This document shows positions 24,177 to 35,043 of a stretch of 64,000 bases of DNA, piece after piece; the first letter of the stretch is position 1, and every line of letters begins with the position of its first letter. A program made the translations under genes and the position numbers. Location of the stretch: contig OZ218955.1 in assembly GCA_965112735.1 (NCBI GenBank), forward strand, positions 2,728,001-2,792,000, written 5' to 3'. The notes below the pieces were generated by a model. That model had not been told where the DNA came from. It saw nothing but the letters and a program-made list of their open reading frames with translations, and did no database searches. Source of the stretch: Phaeosaccion multiseriatum (lineage: Eukaryota > Protista > Ochrophyta, other classes).

Positions 24177-25871
24177 ACAGCATCCCAAAGGGCACAACGA
24201 CACGGAGCGTGAGAGGGCGGGGGTGCGGCACGGCGGGTGGTGAGAAGCCGCCAAAGGGAAGCGCACACTGCACTACCAGCCATTAGGCTGTGTGTGCGTG
24301 TGTGTGTGCGTGCGTATGTGCGTGCGTGTGACTCGGTGTCTCGTGTCGTGACGGCCTGGCCTCACCTGCTGGGCATCCCTGGCCGCGAGGAGGTTGTGCT
24401 CTGTCTGCAGGAGCGCTGCTGCGCTGTTGGAAAGGAGCACGGCCAGTGCCTCCTCTCGGGATGACAGCGACGACTCGGAGTCCGCCTCCTGCTCCTTCTG
24501 CTCCTCCTCGGATTTGCCGCTGCCCTGAGCCCGATCCCATGCAAGCTGAGCCAAGAGCAACTCGATGCCCCTCCGATAGGCGGCAGCGGCCTCTGCATGC
24601 TCGCCGCTCTTGAACAAGTGTGTGCCCTCCTGTTTGTCGCGTGAGGGCAAATAGAATAATAAGCAGCGGGACGGGGAAGGAAGAGGGTAGTGAGTTTGCC
24701 TTTTTGGCGGCCGCCGGATTGAGCGAAAGGCAGTCAGTCGGGACGACCGTTCATTCATCCATCCCATCACACGCACCTCCCGCCACATGTTCGCGTCTCG
24801 AGGGGCGGAGTATGCTGCATTTTGCCGGCCTCCGAGCCCTCCCTGGCTCTTGAGTGAGGAGAAGAGCGGAACGGATGCGTTCTCGACGTGGCTCAAGTCA
24901 TGCCTGCTTGCTGCCTCCAGCCACGCTTGTAGTTGCTGCGCGTGAGCGGGGGAGACACCAGGCAGCTCACTCGGGACGAAATTGGGCACGTCGTTGAGGC
25001 GAATTAGGTGGGTGGGGTTGTCCACTCGAAGTATGAAGTTGGTACCGTAGGCGTTGGCCTTGAAGTAGGGCTCCATCAGGAGATACACAGAGTCCAGAGG
25101 AAAGGCGAAGGACACGTCCGTGATAGGCCGGGCCAAGAAAGGCTTCAAAACGTTGTACACGCCAGCCATCTGACAGCAGGACGACACCTCTCCGGGCTGC
25201 AGTAGGTCCTCCACTATGAGTGACGCTCCAATTGATTGCTTGTGAGGCCGGACGACTTGACGGAAGATTATAAATCTCCCGAAGTGGACAGAGTCGCTCT
25301 TTAAGCGCTTAAAGGGCTGGTACCGGAAATCTGTCGTGGTGAGGTCATCGCATAGAGAGCTCAGCCGCACGCCTTCCTTCTGCTGCCCCCCGCGGCTGAT
25401 CCGCCCCAGGTGCTCCAGGCCCGATGCATTGCTGGCAGCTCTATGGTAACCAAAAGCCTTTGGCCCTGCGACAAACCTCTCCTGCGCAGCTGATAGCAAG
25501 TCTTGCCTCGTATTCTCATGGGAGCTAATGAATTGCCAACGAGAGCGTCCCGAAGCCTTCGGCACGCTTCCTGTGCTGCTTTTCATCCTATCCAGCAACA
25601 CTGGAAGCAGCTCACCCTTCATCATTAGGAGGACCTCACGCTCTGTTTCCGGAAGGACGTCGACTTTGCACCCGCCCTTGACGAGTCGGCAGTAGTTCAC
25701 GAGAAACTCCTCGTCACTCATCGTCGTGTCTCCAACTTGTCCCATTTCTGTAAACATTCTCCTTAGCATCCGTATGTCTTCTCCCCCGCCCTCCTCCGGC
25801 AACCTGGGTGCCTCCCCCATGGAAAGCTTGGACAGAAGCCCCACCAGGCCTTCTCTCGAAGGGGCCGCCAT
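21791..25871 (-). CDS. TPR + SET-domain protein (SMYD-like putative lysine methyltransferase) with an N-terminal EPY/RVD domain
   Basis: Multi-exon. TPR helices: EGTHLFKSGEHAEAAAAYRRGI and LLSNSAAALL. Split SET domain: IELAYIEDKKCRG...AAIPAGTLIVGSKAL, GFFPVPSLFNHS, DVMLITTRFAIPKGQELTIMY. Post-SET motif WGFRCSCALC. Internal exon boundaries are approximate. Confidence 0.82.
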
Positions 25872-26199
25872 AGCTCCCTGTTATTTTATGTGCCAGTCTT
25901 TTTTTTTTATAAAAAAGGTCACCCACAGGTCAATAAGCTAGTGATTAGGGGAGTCGGGTCTCGAACGGGAGGCAATTCCCGGAGGTCTGGCAAGCTGAGG
26001 CCCTCATGTCTTGCCCCCACTGCCGACCTTTCGAAGCTGTTCGCCCCCCCCCCCCCATTTATCTCGTTCCTGCTGTCTTTCCAATCAATTAGTCACCCAA
26101 TGCTTTCTCTGAACGCTTCGCAGGCCTTCAGCACTGCCGGGAAGAAGCGACGAGGTCAGACTTTTGGTCGTCTTGCTCATCCGCGTGCCTAGATCGAGG

Positions 26200-26500
26200 A
26201 GAAAAATGTGCAGCGGCGGAAACGCAGCTGCGCTCTGGAAGGATTCGAAACGGAGGCAGAACGAGTGCTATCGACATGGCGGGGGTCTACTTGTGTAGCA
26301 AAACTGCGAGAAAAGGAGGTTCAAGTCAAGGAGGTTCAGGGGGCAAGGTCAAGCGCTGTCCAGTAGAAGGGTGCCGAAAGCACGTGGTCAAATGACGTGT
26401 GTACATTTACCAAGGAGACCAGGTCAAGCTCTGCCGCGTTGGAGAGTGCGATAAGACGGCGCAAGGAGGGGTGGACGGGATGTGCCACAGACATGCGTGT
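26200..26500 (+). pseudogene. Decayed WRKY19-type zinc-finger repeat (CxxxGCxKxAQ...CxxHGG) fragment
   Basis: One frame reads KRCPVEGCRKHVVK*RVYIYQGDQVKLCRVGECDKTAQGGVDGMCHRH, with an in-frame TGA at 26393-26395. Upstream, KRSCALEG and ECYRHGGG lie in different frames, which implies a frameshift. Confidence 0.55.
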
Positions 26501-27093
26501 ATCAGCAGAGAGGAGGCTGGGCGCTCAAGCTTCCACCCCCCGCGATGGCCACGAGGAGGAGGAGATGTTCATGGGCAGGAAGTGCAAGGATGCGAGAAGC
26601 GAGGAAGTCGCGCACCGCATCTCGCCCTGCCGCCGTTGCTCCGGGACAGGAAGGGCAAGAGGAGGAGCAGCAACCCAGCCGCCTTCATGCAGCCAGGAGG
26701 AGCAAGGCGCTCCGTGTGGGGGATGAGGTCCAGCAGCTGCTGCTGACCATTGAGGGACGAGAAGTGTCGCGCATGGGCTCTGAGAGGCGGGAGGGCTGCG
26801 CTTTCGGATAGCTTCGAATGCGAAGGGTGCTCTTGAGTTCGGGAGGGCTTGGAGAGGAACAGCGCGACACACACACAACTACGCTCGCTTGGGTGTAGAG
26901 TGAGTGGGATGTGGCACTGTGGGCGCGTGTTTACTACAGGGCGGTGACGATGGACACACACATGCAACAATTTACGCTCCTGCTTCAATTAATGCAATAC
27001 GAAGGACCGTTTGAGGGAAGCAAGAAAAAGTTTGCGCTGCTGCGTGTGGTGTAGCCATCTCCCACCCCACCCCGCCTGATCGCTTGTGCACTC

Positions 27094-30000
27094 TTACCAC
27101 ATCATTTCGCTCTGCTGTGGAACCCGCATGCCACCCTCTTTGCTCTCTTTGCATTCCTCCATCGTTGTCATCTCTACCCCTCCTGCTGCCTCACTTCGAT
27201 GCTCGCCTTCCTCCCCTGCCGCCCAGCCTTGACGGCCTTCCTCCTCCACCGCGTCGCTCTCCTCCCCTTTGAAGCGCCACTCCTCCTCTGCGTACACCCC
27301 AAACAAGATAAAGTTCATCAGCATGAGCGCCAGCAGCGTCCACCCCGCCACCCCCACATCTCTCACTTCGTCATGCATTTGGAAGCATACGTCGCGCGTG
27401 AGGTCTGCGTAGAAGGTCCCCACAAAGCCGCACATGGTGTAGGCCGGGGCGTCGAGGGCACGGTCGTTCACCCTCCACAGCGAAGCGCTCAGATCGGTCA
27501 CAGTGCTCTCCGTCGAGGCCGCGAGGAAGGTCAGTAAGGCACGCGAGTTGTGTCGCTGCTGTGCCACCTCTTCCTGCTCCTCCTCAAACCGACTCAAGTT
27601 GCCATGGAAGAGCACGAGCTCATCCCGGATGGCATCCAACGCCTCGACCTGTGACGCGTTGAGAGCCGATTCCGAGGGCCGAGTCTCGTTTTGGTAGGCC
27701 GAAACCGCCGACAGCGAGGCGTTGAGGCTGAATCCCTCGGCCAGGTCCAGAGCCAGGAAGCGATCGAGTCGCGTGTATGTGTCCCTCGCACCCGATACAC
27801 TTCCCAGGCCATCGGCGAGGGCTCCACCGACACCTCGTAAGATGTCGTCGATGGGGAGGATAAAGGACGTCAGATTGAGGGCCTGCTCCAGCCCCAGGAT
27901 GCCCACTGCTTGCATCGTCGCGTGGCAGGGGTGGGGGGGTCCGCGTGAGTGCGTGGTCGGCCCACGAGGGGGTGAGTAGGAGAAGGCGGAGGGGTGCAGG
28001 AGGGGCATGCACCAGAGGAATGAGGGAGGGTGGCGTGCGTGAGTGCGTGCGTGAGTGCGTGAGTCAGTGAGAGAGGCAAGGGAGCAAGCTGTATAGGTGA
28101 GTAACGCACCGAAGTTGTTGGTGGAGTTGGGGCTTGTGCCGACCGGGCACTCCAAGATGGCGATGATTGACTCTCCGAGGTCGTTGGAGACGACGCCGTT
28201 CAGCGTGTAGGTCTGGGGGTGGGGGCAAGGATGGCAGGGGGTGTGGAGCGAGCTTGATGGATCGGCAGGAGGGGCCAAGGCATCTTGATCAGTTCCAATC
28301 ATGCTAGCGCGAGAACAAGGTTCTCCAATAAAACCCAGTCGCTCACTCACCCACGCACCTGCCCTTGGAAGGTGGCCAGCACGACTTGTTGGTTGACCGC
28401 ACATACGTCGCCAATGACCTTGTAGGCCCCCAGAAATAGGCCCCCCAGGAGCGCGTTGAGCCCCTGGAACGCGAAGAGGTAGGCCATACCGCCGGCCTGG
28501 CAGGAGCAGCGCCAGCACCCCCTGTGGGACCGCGACGGTCGCCCTTCTTTTTCTTTTCGTTCTTCTTGTAGTTGTTGTTGTTCTTCTTCTTCTTCTCCAC
28601 CTTGCTGTTGTTCTTCCTCTTGTCTGATGTCGATGCCGGCCTGCGGTTCCCTCTGCGGCTTCCCGAGACGCCGCTCCTCGCTGCTGCTGGCCCTTCCGCG
28701 GCAGAGAAACACCACCCCACACAGAAAGAGTACGAGGGACGGCAGAAAGACTACCACCCCGGTGACGGCCGCCACGAGGGACCAGTAGTCCTGGCCAGTC
28801 TCGTATCCATCGCGCAGCTCCGTCTCGCGGAAGTGCGTGACCTTGTCGGTGAAGGGCCCCAGATCGTCCTCCACAACGCCGTCCAGAAAGGCCGTGATGC
28901 GCTCCAGCTGGGCATCAATCTCGTCCATGTCGAGCACTTGCCGCACTGCCATCAGCCACAGCTTCAAGCTCAGACTCATCGTCTTTGCGCGGCGTCTTAC
29001 CTTCTTGCTTAAGTGTTCGGCGTCTGCAAAAGATTCGTCAGTGACGTTTAGGGCGGTGGCCATGCCCACTCCTCCTTCTGCTCCTGATGAGTCAGTCACG
29101 TTGGGCAGAGACGCCGCTTCGGCGATGGACGAGATGCGGGCGGCACTGCTGCTCAGACTGCGAGACGTTGTCTTGGCCTGCTTCAGGGTGTCAGCGGTGT
29201 GGCTCAGGTTGCCTGCCGCCCAATCAAGGCTGGCGACCGTATCATCCAAGAAGATCACTATCTCGCCAATTGCAGAGCCGGCAATGTCGCTTAGAGAATA
29301 CACCCACTCCCCAACACTTGCTCCATCGCATGTCCGCTCATGGTGCCCCTCTTGCTTGCTGTTGCTGCTGTTGCCGCGGCCATTGCTGCACAGCATGGAG
29401 TTGACGTTCTGCAATAGTTCGTCCGTACCTCGGTAAGCCTTGGTCTGGGGAGCGCATTGGGCGCGGTTGAGGCGGCACAGTGGGCAGAGAGGGCACACAA
29501 GGGGGGTGACGGTTGTGAGCTGAGCGGGAGAGATGTGTACGCCCCTCATCACACCCTCGACCATCCTCTGAGCGAACTCCAGCCAATAGTAGCGACGAGT
29601 ACAGCCTCACGTCATTCCTTACGATGACTGCGTGCGAAGCGTGGACGTTATAGTATGCCACCGAAGCGGCAGCGAGATATCCCACAAAGAGCAGCACAGA
29701 TGTGCACAGGAAGATGCGTCTCTCTCGAACCGCCACCCGGCGCGCCGACCCAACCTCCTGCTCCTTGTTCGGACTCAGGAGAGCACTCTTAGAGAGCGCT
29801 CGTGAGCGCGATGTTCTCATCTGCTCCGCTGCGGCTAGCGCATTTCCGTCCTTGTACTTCTCTTCCTTCTTCTCTTCCTTTCCCTCCTCCGCTTCACCCT
29901 CCCCGTCCTCCTCCTCCTCCTCTTCCACCTCCTCCGCCTGGCGGCGCTTCCTTCGGTGGTCGCGGCGGTGGAAGAGGAATAGCCCAATGCACATGACCAC

Positions 30001-30102
30001 CCCAATAGCGAGCGCGAGTGCAAGACCTACAAATGCCGTCGCCTTCAGTACGTGCATAGCGTACGGCTTGAAGTCGGAGACCTCGTACTCGGTAATGTCC
30101 AT
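27094..30102 (-). CDS. Prominin/Tweety-like pentaspan membrane glycoprotein
   Basis: About 4 exons. There are five hydrophobic segments (FVGLALALAIGVVMCIGLFLF; IFLCTSVLLFVGYLAAASVAYY; WSLVAAVTGVVVFLPSLVLFLCGVVFLC; MAYLFAFQGLNALLGGLFLGAY followed by GDVC; GWTLLALMLMNFILFGVY) and two long helical loops with NxS/T sites. The prominin-like CGFVGTFY...DVC precedes the last TM. The start codon is uncertain (MDITE at 30102 assumed). Confidence 0.65.
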
Positions 30103-30731
30103 GACCGGAAAGCACGCATTTGTCCTCGGGACGCCAATCAGGTAAAGTACCCACAGAGCGAATGGAGGCTGTACACCCACGAGGGAAGCAAGTAGGCGAG
30201 GAGAAGAAAGGTGTCACTCATCGAGCCATTACGGGGCGCAATCGGCGAAGCGCAATACCTAATAGTCATTGATACCTTGCGTGCAGTCATCTTCGAATCG
30301 GAGTTGGGTGTGGTACACATGACTCGGAGGACTCGCTGTCACGAGGGAAGCGAGCAGGGCAGAGAAAACCCCGTAGCTACCATCTGTGATTTCTCGCCTC
30401 TGCTTCAACTCTCCCTTTTCCGTTTCTGTACGTGGAGCTGGGAGTGATCCGAGTGTCAAGGCCAGTTCTATACCGAGCAAAATGTATACGGTGTGCACGC
30501 TAGACGATGAAGCCTGTGCTAGCGTCGCCCCGAATGGCGCCTTCTCCCCTCCCCTGCATGAGGATCGGCACGAGGATACCCAGGGGGCGAGTGAGTCGAG
30601 AGAGACGAGTGAGTTGAGGGAGCTGAGGGAACGAGGGTCGTCAGCGACGGAGGGGGAAAGGAAGGTACTACTACCCTTGCTTCATCTGCAACGGGTTCAG
30701 CTAGCTAGGCAATTCACCGCTTGAGTCATAC

Positions 30732-33700
30732 CTATTGCGCCGCAGCTGTGTCGGTGGCGCCTCCCCCAATGGGCCTGCCAGCCTGCTGCTGTGGTGGCTG
30801 CTCCTGTTGGGGCTGCTCCTCTGTGTATGTCAAGGGCACGGGCTCGAAGGCACCGCCTGAAGGAGGACCGCGGACGAGTGAGTCGGACGACATAGGAGAG
30901 GATGGCAGTGAATGGAGGAGAAGGGAAAAATGGAAGGTAGAGGTGGTAAAGAAGAAAGAAGGGGGGTGGCGGCAGCTGTGGCACGCGTCTCTTACCCCTT
31001 GCTCCACTTCATGTCCGTCCTTCCTTCCCGCGCTCGCTTCCCCACCCACAGCCGACGAGGGCTCCTACGGATGCACCTACCCCCGCCCCGACGATGAAGG
31101 TGAGCAATCTCAGCAGTCATGGGCAGTCTGCTTTGCCCGTCGACCTCATGTGATCGGCCCGTTTCAGCTCTACTCTCCCCGCTAAGCCTCACGCGTCTCT
31201 TACCCCTTGCTCCACTTCATTTCCGTCCTCTTTTCTCTTGTTCGCTTCCCCACCCACAGCCCACGAGGGCTCCTACGGATGCACCTACCCCCGCCCCGAC
31301 GATGAAGGTGAGCCATCTCAGCAGTCAGGGGCCGTGTGCTGTGCCCGTCGAGCTGGTGTGTACGAGCCGTCTCTTTCCTACACTCTCTACTAAGCCTCGC
31401 TCTCCTGCTACCCCACATGCATTCCCGTGCTCGCTCCTTCACTCACAGCCCACGAGAGCTCCTACAGACGCTCCTACCCCCGCTCCTACGACCAAGCCCG
31501 TCTGGACAGCGGCACCTACGCCCGCCCCCACCATGAAGGTAAGCAATCTCAGCAGTCATGGGCAGTCCGCCGTGCCCGTCGACCTCATGTGATCGGCCCG
31601 TTTGAGCTCTACGCTTCCCGCTAAGCCTCGCGTTTCCCTTACCCCTTGCTCCACTTCATTTCGGTCCTTCCTTCCCGCGCTCACTTCCCCACCCACAGCC
31701 CACGAAAGCTCCTACGGATGCACCTACCCCCGCCCCGACGATGAAGGTAAGCCATCTCAGCAGTCAGGGGCCGTGTGCTGTGCCCGTCGAGCTGGTGTGT
31801 ACGAGCCGTCTCTGTCCTACACTCTCTACTAAGCGTCGCTCTCCTGCTACCCCACATGCATTCCCGTGCTCGCTCCTTCACTCACAGCCCACGAGGGCTC
31901 CTACAGACGCCCCTACCCCCGCTCCTACGACTAAGCCCGTCTGGACAGCGGCACCTACGCCCGCCCCCACCATGAAGGTACGCAATCTCATCAGTCATGG
32001 GCAGTCCGCCGTGCCCGTCGACCTCATGGGGATTGGCCCGTTTGAGCTCTACTCTCCCCGCTAAGCCTCACGCGTCTCTTACCCCTTGCTCCACTTCATT
32101 TCCGTCCTCTTTTCTCTTGTTCGCTTCCCCACCCACAGCCCACGAGGGCTCCTACGGATGCACCTACCCCCGCCCCGACGATGAAGGTGAGCCATCTCAG
32201 CAGTCAGGGGCCGTGTGCTGTGCCCGTCGAGCTGGTGTGTACGAGCCGTCTCTTTCCTACACTCTCTACTAAGCCTCGCTCTCCTGCTACCCCACATGCA
32301 TTCCCGTGCTCGCTCCTTCACTCACAGCCCACGAGAGCTCCTACAGACGCTCCTACCCCCGCTCCTACGACCAAGCCCGTCTGGACAGCGGCACCTACGC
32401 CCGCCCCCACCATGAAGGTAAGCAATCTTAGCAGTCATGGGCAGTCCGCCGTGCCCGTCGACCTCGTGTGATCGGCCCGTTTGAGCTCTACGCTCCCCGC
32501 TAAGCCTAGGCATTAGGCATAGCGGGGAGCGTAGAGCTCAAACGGGCCGATCACATGAGGTCGACGGGCACGGCGGACTGCCCATGACGGCTAAGATTGC
32601 TTACCTTCACGGTGGGGGCGGGCGTAGGTGCGGCTGTCCAGACGGGCTTGGTCGTAGGAGCGGGGGTAGGTGCGTCTGTAGGAGCTCTCGTGGGCTGTGA
32701 GTGAAGGAGCGAGCACGGGAATGCATGTGGGGTAGCAGGAGAGCGAGGCTTAGTAGAGAGTGTAGGAAAGAGACGGCTCGTACACACCAGCTCGACGGGC
32801 ACAGCAGACTGCCCCTGACTGCTGAGATGGCTTACCTTCATCGTCGGGGCGGGGGTAGGTGCATCCGTAGGAGCCCTCGTGGGCTGTGGGTGGGGAAGCG
32901 AGCACGGGAAGGAAGGACGGACATGAAGTGGAGCAAGGGGGACGAGACGCGTGAGCCTCAGCGGGGAGCGTAGAGCTCAAACGGGACGATCACATGAGCT
33001 CAACGGGCAAAGCAGACTGCCCATGATTGCTGAGATTGCTTACCTTCATGGTGGGGGCGGGCGTAGGTGCGGCTGTCCAGACTGGCTTGGTCGTAGGAGC
33101 GGGGGTAGGTGCGTCCGTAGGAGCCCTCGTGGGCTGTGGGTGGGGAAGCGAACAAGAGAAAAGAGGACGGAAATGAAGTGGAGCAAGGGTTAAGAGACGC
33201 GTGCTACGGATGCACCTACCCCCGCCCCGACGATGAAGGTAAGCCATCTCAGCAGTCAGGGGCCGGGTGCTGTGCCCGTCGAGCTGGTGTGTACGAGGCG
33301 TCTCTTTCCTACACTCTCTACTAAGCCTCGCTCTCCTGCTACCCCACATGCATTCCCGTGCTCGCTCCTTCACTCACAGCCCACGAGGGCTCCTACGGAC
33401 GCACCTACCCCCGCTCCTACGACCAAGCCGGTCTGGACAGCGGCACCTACGCCCGCCCCCACCATGAAGGTAAGCAATCTCAGCAGTCATGGGCAGTCCG
33501 CCGTGCCCGTCGACCTCATGTGATCGGCCCGTTCGAGCTCTACGCTCCCCGCTAAGCCTAGGAGCAAGAGGCAGAGCGATGACCCAAGAAATTGAGCCAA
33601 AGACATGCAACCATGGCTTCACACTGCCGCAGAAGGCACACTCACCCCCTCGTGCCTACAGCTCTGCGCAGCGGCTTGCTCGAAAGTGCTCCAGCTCAGC

Positions 33701-34119
33701 GTCGCCCCCGTGCATGGGCGCTGAGCCTGCTCACCGTGGAAAGGGGCCGCAGAGGCCGGGGGTGCTGCTTGGGTGTACGTGGGGGGGGGGGCACGGTCGA
33801 ATGCCGCCTCGAAGAGGAGGTCAAACGGGTGGCAGGAGGTCGGCCAAGTCCACATGCTGTAGATTCTCCTCAATGCGCTGCTCAAGCTGCTGGATGGACA
33901 GATGAATGGTCGCAGGCGGAGATTCGAATAGATGCTCCATGGACACCAGTCAATCCCGGCGCTCTCCTGAGTCCGAACGCAGAGGTGGAAGAGGAATAGC
34001 CCAATGCACATGACCACCCCAATAGCGAGCGCGAGTGCAAGGCCTGCAAATGCCGTAGCCTTCAGTACGCGCATAGCGTACGGCTTGAAGTCAGAGACCT
34101 CGTACTCGGTAATGTCCAT
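30732..34119 (-). CDS. Putative chimeric gene: duplicated 5' end of the prominin-like gene fused in frame to the last two exons of the neighbouring membrane-protein paralog
   Basis: One open frame runs from MDITEYEVSDFKPY...IGLFLFH through to PPTYTQAAPPASAAPFH. It is followed by a donor at 33734, an acceptor at 30857 and a terminal exon GAFEPVPLTYTEEQPQQ...AAAQ* (30856-30732). It could be a pseudogene. Confidence 0.45.
30982..33558. repeat. Array of Pro/Thr-repeat mini-exon cassettes (~439-bp unit), with an inverted central block
   Basis: Forward exons at 31052-31099, 31260-31307, 31449-31538, 31699-31746, 31888-31977, 32139-32186, 32328-32417 and 33380-33469. Inverted exons at 32694-32605, 32883-32836 and 33133-33044. 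Exons are 48 nt (PTRAPTDAPTPAPTMK) or 90 nt (…PTTKPVWTAAPTPAPTMK), each flanked by CAG| and |GT. Two conserved intron types (~141 and ~160 nt) alternate. Confidence 0.92.
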
Positions 34120-34551
34120 GACTGGAAAGCACGCATTTGTCCTCGGGACGCCAATCAGGTAGAGTGCCCACAGAACGAATGGAGGCTGTACAGCCACGAG
34201 AGAAGCAAGTAGGTGAGGAGAAGAAAGGTGTCACTCATCGAGCCACTACGGGGCGCAATCGGCGAATACACTATTAATTGATTGTTGCATACTGTCATTT
34301 TCGAATCGGAGTTGGGTGTGGTACATATTACTCGGAGGACTCGCAGTCACGAGGGAAGCGAGCCGGGGAAGTCAGACTTCTTTTGGTGATATGACGCCAT
34401 CTGTGACTCGTATAGCTGTTTTTGCCCCCCACGGATGTAGGCCCGAGTGTCCGGCAAGGCCTGTCCCCCACCAAGCGGAAGCTACACCGTGTGAACGGAC
34501 GGAGCACTCTCTCCCCCCTGCATGAGGATCGGCACGAGAATTCACAGAGGG

Positions 34552-34975
34552 CGAGTGAGTCGAGTGAGTCGAGTGAGTCGAGTGAGTCGAGTGAGTGGAG
34601 TGAGTCGAGTGAGTCGAGTGAGTCAAGTGAGTCGAGTGAGTCGAGTGAGTCGAGTGAGTGGAGTGAGTCGAGTGAGTCGAGTGAGTCGAGTGAGTCGAGT
34701 GAGTCGAGTGAGTCGAGTGAGTGGAGTGAGTCGAGTGAGTGGAGTGAGTCGAGTGAGTCGAGTGAGGGAGGGGAGTGAGTCGAGTGAGTCGAGTGAGTCG
34801 AGTGAGTCGAGTGAGTCGAGAGAGTCGAGTGAGTCGAGTGAGTCGAGTGAGTCGAGTGAGTCGAGTGAGCGGAGTGAGTGGAGTGAGTGGAGTGAGTGGA
34901 GTGAGTGGAGTGAGTGGAGTGAGTCGAGTGAGTCGAGTGAGTCGAGTGAGTCGAGTGAGTCGAGTGAGTCGAGCG
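34552..34975. repeat. 9-bp minisatellite (GAGTGAGTC/GAGTGAGTG)n, ~45 copies
   Basis: Directly visible in the intergenic region. Confidence 0.95.
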
Positions 34976-35043
34976 AGCGAGGGCCGTCAGCGACGGAGGG
35001 AAAACGGGAGGTGCTGCTCTTGCTCGGTTTGCGACGGACGCAG

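Noticed and set aside
30138-30220. MSDTFLLLAYLLPSWV as the signal peptide of the prominin-like gene
   Set aside because: It is out of frame with the main ORF and no plausible intron joins them (the candidate is ~26 nt and its GT is not conserved in the duplicate). It may be a uORF; unresolved without RNA-seq.
30982-33558. PT cassette array as a CRISPR array or a Helitron (CTAG at 32506 and 33557)
   Set aside because: The intervening sequences are repeats, not spacers. Comparison with the empty site indicates the AG of the terminal CTAG belongs to host sequence, and there is no A|T insertion site or RepHel ORF.
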